A stretch of DNA of 64,000 bases. Origin: Acetobacteraceae bacterium (GTDB lineage: Bacteria; Pseudomonadota; Alphaproteobacteria; Acetobacterales; Acetobacteraceae). Positions 11,260 through 18,996 of the stretch are shown here, piece by piece. Made by a program: the position numbers and the translations under genes. The DNA is taken from positions 12,357-76,356 of the forward strand of contig CBDASJ010000029.1 in assembly GCA_965199555.1 (NCBI GenBank). The letters are read 5' to 3'. Position 1 is the stretch's first letter. The number at the start of each line of letters is the position of its first letter. The notes under the pieces are model-generated. The model had not been told where the DNA came from. It saw only the letters and a program-made list of their open reading frames with translations, and did not search any database.

Positions 11260-11964
11260 TTAGGTCCCCGCAATGGCCAGATCAACGGCGGCCTCGGCAT
11301 GGAGCGCGGTCGTGTCGAAAAGCGGCACCGCACTGTCTTCTGGCTTGATCAACAGCATGATCTCCGTGCAACCCAGGATCACAGCCTCTGCCCCGCGTTC
11401 CACCAGGCGTTCGATCACCCTGTGATAAGCCCGGCGTGAGGATGGCTCCACCCGGCCTTGCACCAACTCCTCGTAGATCACCCGATGCACCAGGGCCCGG
11501 TCGTCATCCTCTGGAACCAGCACCTCCAGCCCGTGCCGCTCGGCGAGCCGTCCTTTGTAGAAGGCCTGCTCCATGGTGAAAGCCGTCCCGAGCAGGCCAA
11601 CCTTCTTCAGCCCCGCATTTTTGATCCGCTCCGCGGTCGGGTCGGCGATGTGCAGCAGCGGCATCCCGATTGCCGCCTGAACCTGGTCGGCCATGCGATG
11701 CATCGTGTTCGTGCAGATCACCACGAAATCCGCGCCGCCGCGCTCCAGGCGTTTTGCGGCCGCGATTATCTCGGCGGCGGCATCGTCCCAGCGCCCGGCG
11801 TGCTGCAGCGCCTCGATCTCTCCGAAGTCGAAGGACCAAAGCAGGCAGCGCGCCGACCGCAGGCCACCGAGCCGCGCCCTGACGGTTTGATTGATGATCC
11901 GGTAGTACTCGGCCGAACTCTCCCAACTCATCCCGCCGATCAGGCCGATGACCTTCTGCGACAC
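11260..11964 (-). CDS. Aspartate/glutamate racemase family protein
   Basis: MSQKVIGLIGGMSWESSAEYYRIIN...VVICTNTMH...ILGCTEI carries the two catalytic Cys motifs (CTNTMH / GCTE) typical of Asp/Glu racemases. Confidence 0.85.
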   Translation of the reverse strand: MSQKVIGLIGGMSWESSAEYYRIINQTVRARLGGLRSARCLLWSFDFGEIEALQHAGRWDDAAAEIIAAAKRLERGGADFVVICTNTMHRMADQVQAAIGMPLLHIADPTAERIKNAGLKKVGLLGTAFTMEQAFYKGRLAERHGLEVLVPEDDDRALVHRVIYEELVQGRVEPSSRRAYHRVIERLVERGAEAVILGCTEIMLLIKPEDSAVPLFDTTALHAEAAVDLAIAGT

Positions 11965-12191
11965 GCCACACTCCTCTCGGTAATTAGATCAGGCGAGCCA
12001 AGCACGGCCGAATGGCGAACTCCGCTCCCTCCAAACCTCTCCATGCCCATCGTAGCCGCTGCCGACCAACTGCTGAAGAAGAACGGCGGGGCTGGTTGCT
12101 CCGAAGCGGTCGCCAGACGGCTTGGCCGGGCGAGTCGTAATAAGGCAGCGGCATTGGCAACGCCGCACCCGGCGAACGCGTTCGGCTTTCA

Positions 12192-13127
12192 ATGCGAGCA
12201 AAATCGCCTTTTCCGGACACCACCGCGCTGGTCGCGTTGGCGCGCGCCATTCAAGCCACCGGCTATGAGTTCGTCACGCCGACGCCCGCGACGCATGCCC
12301 GGGTTGTTGCCCGTGCCGAAAGCGCAATGGCACGGGACCTCCGCGACGTTTTCGGTTGGAGCCGACCGTTTGCTGCCGGCGTCCTCCCGAACGCCGTCAT
12401 GGAGGTGGCGGAAGCGGCCGGCGTGCTGGTCCCGGCAAGCGAGGGTTGGCAGAGCCTGGTGCGGCTATCCAGTCTGGATGGGTTGCTGTTCATCCATTCC
12501 GCCTATCCCACGACCGAAGCAGACTCGGTGTTCTTCGGGCCGGACACCTACCGCTTTGCCCGAGCAATCGCTGCCTTGCCCGATCGGCCCGTGCGACGCG
12601 CGGTCGATATCGGCTGCGGCGCCGGCCCGGGCGCAATTCTGATCGCGCGCGCACACCCGGCGGCAGAAATCGTCGCAGTGGACATCAACGACGCGGCGCT
12701 GCGCCTGACGCGGGCCAACGCCGCGCTGGCCGGCGTAAAGGTGGAAGCGGTGAACAGCGACCTGCTCCGCGGCGTACCGGGGGAGTTCGACCTGATCGTG
12801 GCCAATCCGCCCTATTTGGTAGACCCGGCGGCGCGTGCCTATCGGCATGGCGGTGGGGAACTCGGCGCCGACCTGTCGCTGGCGATCCTGGACGCCGGTG
12901 TCGAGCGGCTGGCGCCGGGCGGCAGGTTGTTGCTGTATACGGGTGCAGCGATTGTGAACGGGCGAGACCCGTTGCGCAGCGCCGTTTCCGCCCGACTTGC
13001 CGGGTCCGACCTTCAATGGACCTATCAGGAAATGGACCCGGACGTATTCGGCGAGGAGTTGGCTTTCGGTGCCTATGCGCAGGCCGACCGGATCGCTGCC
13101 GTCATGCTGACGGTCATAAAGCCCTAG
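12192..13127 (+). CDS. Class I SAM-dependent methyltransferase with NPPY (amino-group methyltransferase) motif
   Basis: Motif I VDIGCGAGPGAILIA and motif IV DLIVANPPYLVD, as in HemK/PrmC-type N-methyltransferases. The product is 311 aa. Confidence 0.8.
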   Translation: MRAKSPFPDTTALVALARAIQATGYEFVTPTPATHARVVARAESAMARDLRDVFGWSRPFAAGVLPNAVMEVAEAAGVLVPASEGWQSLVRLSSLDGLLFIHSAYPTTEADSVFFGPDTYRFARAIAALPDRPVRRAVDIGCGAGPGAILIARAHPAAEIVAVDINDAALRLTRANAALAGVKVEAVNSDLLRGVPGEFDLIVANPPYLVDPAARAYRHGGGELGADLSLAILDAGVERLAPGGRLLLYTGAAIVNGRDPLRSAVSARLAGSDLQWTYQEMDPDVFGEELAFGAYAQADRIAAVMLTVIKP

Positions 13128-13148
13128 TAATCGAACAGGATTTCCGCA

Positions 13149-14030
13149 ATGCCAGATGGCAGCTTCGCGTCACTGACAGAAAACGATCGCTGGCATCGCC
13201 AGCTTGCCGCCTTCAACGCTGCGCGTTTCTCTCCAGGCTTGCCCCATCCCGGCTGGAAGGACGAGATCGCCGAGCAGGCCGCTCTCCTGTTGAAGGAAGG
13301 CCACTGGCTCGAGCAGCGCCGGGCTGAAGTTGCCGCCCGCGCTGCCGAAGCGCCGCGGGATGCCGACGGCTTCGTGGCGTGGTTCGAGGGACTGGAACAT
13401 ACCGGGCCGGGGCAGGACGACCCGCTTTTCCCTTGGCTGGCGGAGCAGGCCACCCTGGAGGAAATGCGCTGGTTCCTGACGCAGGAAGTTGCGGGCGAGG
13501 CCGGCTTCGACGACCTAACGGCGGTCACCCAGATGCGCCTGCCAGTCCGCGCCAAGTTGGAGTTGGCGCGCAACTACTGGGATGAGATGGGTCGCGGCAA
13601 CGCCAAAGGCATGCACGGCCCGATGCTGGAACACCTCGCCATGCGACTGGGCCTGCATCCGGCGGTGGAAACCACGGTGTGGGAAGCGCTAGCCCTGGCC
13701 AACACCATGGCCGGGCTGGCGGCAAGCCGACGCTACGCCTACCAGTCCGTGGGCGCACTGGGTGTGATCGAGCAGACGGCGCCGGGCCGGGCCAAACTCG
13801 TGGGTATCGGGCTGAAGCGGCTCGGGGTGAGCGGCAAGGACAGGCACTACTTCGATCTGCATTCAGTGTTGGACATCAAGCACAGTGCCGCGTGGAACGC
13901 CGAAGCCGCTTGGCCGCTGGTCGCCGAGGACCCTTCCAGAGCGCCTGCACTGGCAGAAGGTGCGCTGATGCGGCTGGAGTGCGGAGCGGCGTGCTTCCGG
14001 CGTTACCGCGCGGTGCTTGGAGTTCATTGA
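13149..14030 (+). CDS. Heme-oxygenase-like diiron oxidase/oxygenase (iron-containing redox enzyme family)
   Basis: Ligand-type motifs sit in helical context: EEMRWFLTQEVAGE, YWDEMGRGNAKGMH, VIEQT, HSVLDIKH (H-x3-D-x2-H). The gene starts 21 nt downstream of the methyltransferase, with AGGA upstream. Confidence 0.72.
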   Translation: MPDGSFASLTENDRWHRQLAAFNAARFSPGLPHPGWKDEIAEQAALLLKEGHWLEQRRAEVAARAAEAPRDADGFVAWFEGLEHTGPGQDDPLFPWLAEQATLEEMRWFLTQEVAGEAGFDDLTAVTQMRLPVRAKLELARNYWDEMGRGNAKGMHGPMLEHLAMRLGLHPAVETTVWEALALANTMAGLAASRRYAYQSVGALGVIEQTAPGRAKLVGIGLKRLGVSGKDRHYFDLHSVLDIKHSAAWNAEAAWPLVAEDPSRAPALAEGALMRLECGAACFRRYRAVLGVH

Positions 14031-14059
14031 GGCGTTTGAATCGACTAACCATCCCCCGA

Positions 14060-14486
14060 GGCAAGATTGAGCCGGCCTAGTATCCTGCGAACGGGTTCGG
14101 TGCCCTGGTTGGCCGGTCGCTACCAACGGAGTAGACGTGCCGAATGTCGTCGCTGCGGCAGGCGGCCGGCTCCGTCCGCATGGTTGTGGGACCACCGCGC
14201 GAACGGCCGATCGCCTGGTTTTGCTGCTCCCTTTTGCACCCGCTGCCGAACGGTGGGCACGCACGGCAGAGCTGTCGACCATGGCAAACTCCGGCGGGTC
14301 TTGGCATGCCACAAGCGCCGCCAGCAGTCCCTGCCAGATACCCTTCTCGCTCCAGCGGTCGAAGCGGTTGAAGAGCGTGGTGCGTGGCCCGTACTCGGCT
14401 GGAACAGCCCGCCACCGAAGGCCTTCGCGATACCGATGCAGGATGGGTGAAACCATCCCCGGGGGGAGTTCATGCTGGCGTGGCAT
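14060..14486 (-). pseudogene. IS5-family (DUF4096-type N-terminus) transposase remnant, frameshifted and 3'-truncated
   Basis: One frame reads GMVSPILHRYREGLRWRAVPAEYGPRTTLFNRFDRWSEKGIWQGLLAAL...MVDSSAVRAHRSAAGAKG (the tail of ORF 13863..15968). QAIGRSRGGPTT follows in another frame (14182-14211, ORF 14077..14415). The rest of the DDE domain is absent, and I found no terminal inverted repeats. Confidence 0.6.
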
Positions 14487-15213
14487 GGCATCGTTTGGCC
14501 GCTCTGCTGTTGGTGTACTTGTCCGCAGCCCCGGTCGCCGCCCAGCCCCGGTCGCCGCCCAACCGTCCCGCCTCGTGTGGGCCTGGGAGCGGCCAGAATC
14601 CCTAACTGCATTGCCGCCCGACATCGGCGTTGCGTTCGTGGCAGGCTTCATCCGGCTGAGAGGTGATGTGATCGTTTCCGCGCGGGGGCGCCGCTTCCCG
14701 CTTATGCTCGCGAAGGACCGCGCAGCTTCGGTCACCGTCATCCACATCGAAGTCGACCAGGCCCACGCCTTGGGCTGGACCAGCCAATTATCGGCCCACG
14801 TGGTGGAGGCGGCGCTTTCCTTCGCGCATGATGCGCCGCACGTGCAGCTCGACATGGAAGTGCGGGCCAGCCAGCATGCGGCCGTGCTGGACGTGCTGCG
14901 TGGCTTGCGGGCGGGGTTGCCACCAGGCACGACCCTATCCATGACGGCGCTGGCGTCCTGGTGCGAGAACGAAACCTGGCTGGATGATGCGCCGGTGGAC
15001 GAGATCGTGCCGATGCTGTTCCGCATGGGGCGCCGCGGCGGGGCGCTGCGGGGGAAGCTGGCGACGGGCGGCGATTTCCGGCAGCCGCTCTGCCGCAAGG
15101 CGATCGGCATCGCCACCGACACGCCGACCGCCGTGCCGCCGGGCCGGCGCGTGTATATCTTCAACCCGCGGCCGTGGGATGCGGCCGCGATCGCAGCCCT
15201 CGGCCCAGGATAA
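14485..15213 (+). CDS. Hypothetical protein (possibly DUF3142-like); reading frame separated from its signal peptide by the 17-bp duplication
   Basis: Conserved-looking body ...SRLVWAWERPESLTALPPDIGVAFVAGFIRL... continues to TAA 15211-15213. ATG 14485 is the first start in this frame downstream of the IS remnant. A signal peptide lies in the neighbouring frame from GTG 14480. Confidence 0.5.
   Translation: MASFGRSAVGVLVRSPGRRPAPVAAQPSRLVWAWERPESLTALPPDIGVAFVAGFIRLRGDVIVSARGRRFPLMLAKDRAASVTVIHIEVDQAHALGWTSQLSAHVVEAALSFAHDAPHVQLDMEVRASQHAAVLDVLRGLRAGLPPGTTLSMTALASWCENETWLDDAPVDEIVPMLFRMGRRGGALRGKLATGGDFRQPLCRKAIGIATDTPTAVPPGRRVYIFNPRPWDAAAIAALGPG
14527..14560. repeat. Perfect 17-bp tandem duplication (agccccggtcgccgccc x2)
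   Basis: 14527-14543 is identical to 14544-14560 by direct reading. Confidence 0.95.
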
Positions 15214-15217
15214 CGGC

Positions 15218-17644
15218 ATGACATTTCGATTTCGACGCCCGGTCGCGGCCCTGCTGGCGCTGGCGCTGTTTGCCGGCCCGGCCGGTGCCTCCACCGGTGA
15301 CGCGAGCACCGATTGGGGCCTGAGCGAGTTCGGCGGCTCCACCGCCGATCGGCAGATGCTGTTTGGCGGCACCCCCGGAGTGCTGATGGCAAGCTCCCCG
15401 GCCAGCCTGTTGTTCGTCGGTTGGCGCCGCCTGCACGGGCAAACCGTGGGCACGAAGGCCGGGGAAGCCCTCGCGGTGCCTTGCTGCGGCGGACCGCTGG
15501 GCCCGATGGACGGCATGTTCGCCTGGGTGGACGCCCGCAAAGCCGTGCCCGGCGCGGCGGCGATCGGCACCAGCCTGGACACGGAACGGCCCGGCCCCGA
15601 CTACACCAGCATCCCCAACTGCCTGGACAACGCCTTCCGCACCGCGATCCGGACGCTGAAGGATCGCGTGCAGACCTACGGCGCCGACTCGCCGGACGTC
15701 CGCTTCTGGCTCGGCACGCAGGACGCCGTGTTCCAGGCCTGTTCCAAGCCGGTCGCCGCGCTGCCGGCGTTGCCGGACGCGGCGCCCGCCTGGTTGCAGG
15801 CGGATTACCGTTACCAAACGGCCGCCTTGGCCTTCTACAACGCCGACTTCCCGGCAGCGGCGGACGCGTTCGCCGCCATCGCCGGGGACGCCGCGTCGCC
15901 TTGGCACGACATCGCGCCCTACCTCCGGGTGCGGGCGTTACTGCGCCGCGCGCTCGTGTCCAAGGCAACGAGCGACTTCGCCGCCGCGCGACAGGCCGCG
16001 GCGGCGATCCAGGCCGGTGCGCCGATGCACGACGCAGCCGGGCAATTGGAACAAATGGCGCAACTGCACGGCGAACCCGCCGTGGCGCGGGATCGCCTGG
16101 TGGCGCGGCTGGCCGAACCGGTGCTGGCGGACACGGCGGCGCTCGACTTCAAGGACCTGCAGTCGATCCCCGCGGCGCCGGACAAGCCCGAGCTGCTGGA
16201 CTGGATCGCCACGTTCAAGACCGGCGCCGCCGCCCCGCCGAATCCGCCGGACCCGCAGGGCAGCCCGCTGGACCAGGCCCGTGCCGCCGATGGCCGCCGG
16301 GTGGCCGCGTTGGCCCATGCGCGGGACCGCTACGCCGCCGGGCACGACCCGGCATGGCTGCTGGCCGCGCTGGCACTGGCGCAGCCGGACGACCCGGCAA
16401 ACGTGCCCACGATCACCGACGCAACCGCGCTCGATCCCGCCGCGCCAGCGTATTTAATCGCCTTGTACCACCGCATCCGCTTGACCGCCGTCAGCGCGGA
16501 CCCGGCGGCGACCCGGACGATGCTTGACACGGTGCTGGCCCGCACGGACCTGACCGGCACCACGCGCAACCTGTTCCTGGCGGAGCGGATGCTGGTAGCC
16601 GCAGACAGCGGCGACATGGCCCGCCACGCGCTTCGTGCCGTGCTCTGCGGGCAAAAGGATCCTGGCTGCAAGGCGGATGAGTGGGGCTATGACGGCCGCG
16701 GCAGCGGCTTGTTCGACGCGGATGCGGGCAAGGAAACGCGCGGCCTGGGGGACGACGCCCGCTACCTGATCGACCGGATGGCGCTGGCCAGCCGGGTGGC
16801 GCTAGGCCGCGACCCTGCCCTGCCCGCCCCCATCCAGCTCGACCTAGCGCTGACCAGCTTCGCCCGCGCCGTCCTGGTGCACGACGAGTCCACCGTGGAC
16901 GCGCTCTGCGCCCCGTTGCAGGGGCTGTTGCCGGTGATGTCGGCGGAGTTCGCCGCGATCCCCGCGGCACGGCCGGGGCCGGACCGGCAGTTCGCGGAGT
17001 TCCTGGTGTTCGCGAAGATACCGGGGCTGCGGGTGGACCTGCTGGATTACACCAGGCCGATTGGCAAGATCGCCGAGTTCACCGGCGGTTGGCCGAACTG
17101 GGTGGTGCTGGGCAAGCCTGACCCAGGCATCATCCCGCCCGCCCCGGTGCTGTACGACAGTGCCGGCTACCAGACGGCGGACGTGCCGGCCGGAACGGAT
17201 CTGGGCGACGGCCACGTCCGCATACCGGACGTGGTGTGCAAGGGATTGTGCGGCGCCGGCGGCTTCGTGCCCCACCCGATCGCCTTCCTGTCCGCCACGG
17301 CCGCCCGGGCCTCGCTTGAACGGCACCTGCTTCCACCGCCGGGCCAGTATGCCGACCCGGCGAAACTGTCAGCCGACCGAAGCGCCGCCTTTCCCGCCAG
17401 CCAGGACGCAACGGCCAAGCCAGCCGTCCCGCCACCGGGGTCGGTCTACGTTTGGGACTTCATCCTCGACTATGCCGCACATCACCCGCAGGACCCCCGC
17501 GTGCCGGAAGCGCTGAGTTGGGTGATCCATGTCGGGCATTACGGCCAGGGCCACGACCATTCTGGCAAGCGCGCCTTCATGCTCCTGAAGTCCCGCTACC
17601 CGGACAGCCGATGGGCGAAGGACAATCCCCTGTATTACGACTGA
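15218..17644 (+). CDS. Large exported hypothetical protein (808 aa)
   Basis: ATG 15218 lies 4 nt after the upstream stop. Signal peptide MTFRFRRPVAALLALALFAGPAGAS. The Ala/Leu-rich helical middle part may be TPR-like. I recognised no family. Confidence 0.7.
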   Translation: MTFRFRRPVAALLALALFAGPAGASTGDASTDWGLSEFGGSTADRQMLFGGTPGVLMASSPASLLFVGWRRLHGQTVGTKAGEALAVPCCGGPLGPMDGMFAWVDARKAVPGAAAIGTSLDTERPGPDYTSIPNCLDNAFRTAIRTLKDRVQTYGADSPDVRFWLGTQDAVFQACSKPVAALPALPDAAPAWLQADYRYQTAALAFYNADFPAAADAFAAIAGDAASPWHDIAPYLRVRALLRRALVSKATSDFAAARQAAAAIQAGAPMHDAAGQLEQMAQLHGEPAVARDRLVARLAEPVLADTAALDFKDLQSIPAAPDKPELLDWIATFKTGAAAPPNPPDPQGSPLDQARAADGRRVAALAHARDRYAAGHDPAWLLAALALAQPDDPANVPTITDATALDPAAPAYLIALYHRIRLTAVSADPAATRTMLDTVLARTDLTGTTRNLFLAERMLVAADSGDMARHALRAVLCGQKDPGCKADEWGYDGRGSGLFDADAGKETRGLGDDARYLIDRMALASRVALGRDPALPAPIQLDLALTSFARAVLVHDESTVDALCAPLQGLLPVMSAEFAAIPAARPGPDRQFAEFLVFAKIPGLRVDLLDYTRPIGKIAEFTGGWPNWVVLGKPDPGIIPPAPVLYDSAGYQTADVPAGTDLGDGHVRIPDVVCKGLCGAGGFVPHPIAFLSATAARASLERHLLPPPGQYADPAKLSADRSAAFPASQDATAKPAVPPPGSVYVWDFILDYAAHHPQDPRVPEALSWVIHVGHYGQGHDHSGKRAFMLLKSRYPDSRWAKDNPLYYD

Positions 17645-17678
17645 TCATCGCAACAGACAGCCCTCGGCCCGGGCCAGG

Positions 17679-18070
17679 TCAGCGCACGGTTGCGGTGATA
17701 CCGCCGTCTACGACGAGCTGGGTGGCGTTCACGTAGGCCGACTCGTCCGACGCCAATTACAGGGCCGCGCGGGCAACGTCCCACGCGCTCCCCATCTTGC
17801 CCGTGGGCGACCGCTTGTGGCGTGCGTCCTTCACCTGCTGCATGTCGGGATAGGCCGCGCCTAAGCTGCCCACGATGTGAGGGGTGTCGATGAACCCCGG
17901 CACGATGACGTTGCAGCGAATGCCCTTGCCGGCGTATTGCACCCCGATGCTTTGCGTCGCCCTGGATGGCGGCCGCCTTGCTCGACGCGTAGGCGATATA
18001 GGGCATGCCGAGATCGCGGATGCCGCCGATGCTCGACACGTTGATGATCGACCCGCTTCCTTGCCGCTCC
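17679..18070 (-). pseudogene. Short-chain dehydrogenase/reductase (SDR) remnant: 5'-truncated, one frameshift, one in-frame stop
   Basis: GSGSIINVSSIGGIRDLGMPYIAYASSKAAAIQ carries the YxxxK active site. After a frameshift near 17960 comes ATQSIGVQYAGKGIRCNVIVPGFIDTP...WDVARAAL. An in-frame TAA (17757-17759) follows, then LASDESAYVNATQLVVDGGITATVR and the stop at 17679-17681. The Rossmann N-terminus is absent. Confidence 0.7.
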
Positions 18071-18407
18071 GGGCTTCGACACGAAGGACCGCATCCTGTT
18101 CGTGGTGGACGGGTTCTCCGCGACCCATCACCACCGGCCCGGGCATTGCGGCCTGACCGCGGGTGAACAGCCGATCCCGGATACGGAGATGATGAAGATC
18201 ATAAACGAACTCGCCCTGCAATGGACGCGCTACACCGATGCCGCTACGACCTTCGCCGACCTCGACGAATTGCTGACCCTGTTGCGGCCGCGCTTCATCG
18301 CGCCCGCCCATGGTGCCGTCATCGACCGGTCCGACCTCATGATCCCGTTGATGAAGCGTGCCATGTGCGGAGAGGAGGCCGGCGCGCTGGACCGGGCGGC
18401 GGCTTGA
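18048..18407 (+). pseudogene. 5'-truncated paralog of the MBL-fold gene at 24922..25740
   Basis: GFDTKDRILFVVDGFSATHHHRPGHCGLTAGEQPIPDTEMMKIINELALQWTRYTDAATTFADLDELLTLLRPRFIAPAHGAVID aligns with WAFDTTERTLFVSDAFAFLHYHEAQRCDFLASEQPPPDVAMIKYFNERAMYWTRHTDVSASFADLDEMLRVLDPALIATGHGGVVD. An in-frame stop lies at 18045-18047. Confidence 0.65.
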
Positions 18408-18996
18408 GCGCCGCCGCATCGCTGGATCGGGGCTCGCGTTCGATTACGCTTGCGGATGGTGCGGTGTTCGCGACCGCCGGGTTCGTCCATACCGAGCGGC
18501 CGACATCGTGGATCGATCCGCTTCTATCCGGCTTCCTCGCCACGTCTTGCCATGTCCTGCGTGCCATCGAGGTGCTGCCGACCACGCTTCGCGTGCTGCC
18601 GAAGCAGCATTTGTATGAGCGGAAAACCCGCACGCTGTTCGGTTCGGACACGTGGGGCTTTGTTCCCCAGGCGACGGACATTGCGATGGAATCGTCTGGC
18701 ATCGGGATGAGCGCCTATCCGTTTCCGCCGTCGCGCGGCCCCTCCTGCACCGGTTTGAGTGGCTGGCCGGCGTGGACACGTCGCCGATGCCGGCCGAAAT
18801 CCATGAATTGCTAACCCGCCCGATCGACCGGATCTGCAGCAGCTACGGTTGCGTCATCGAAGGCAGCGCGTTGGTGACGACGGTGTTGCAGAACACGATC
18901 GCCGCCTTGCAGGCGCTGTCCCAAACGGCCCGGGTCGGCAGGATGGACAAGCTCGTCCGCGACAGGATCGCGAACGCGGTGAACGTTGCGCGCTGA
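18408..18996 (+). pseudogene. Decayed paralog of the MBL-fold partner gene at 25745..26689 (internal deletion plus frameshift)
   Basis: ...ADGAVFATAGFVHTERPTSWIDPLLSGFLATSCHVLR | AIEVLPTTLRVLPKQHLYERKTRTLFGSDTWGFVP is followed, after a frameshift near 18705-18720, by ...ARPLLHRFEWLAGVDTSPMPAEIHELLTRPIDRICSSYGCVIEG. This matches the intact gene except for about 108 missing residues. Confidence 0.6.

Noticed and set aside
12174-12183. Perfect 10-bp palindrome GAACGCGTTC just upstream of the methyltransferase start
   Set aside because: Perfect 10-bp palindromes are expected many times by chance in 64 kb of GC-rich DNA. There is no second half-site and no regulator association.
13863-15968. 701-aa ORF on the - strand
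   Set aside because: Only its last roughly 130 codons (14060-14486) show transposase similarity. The remainder is antisense shadow over the exported-protein genes. I annotated only the transposase relic.
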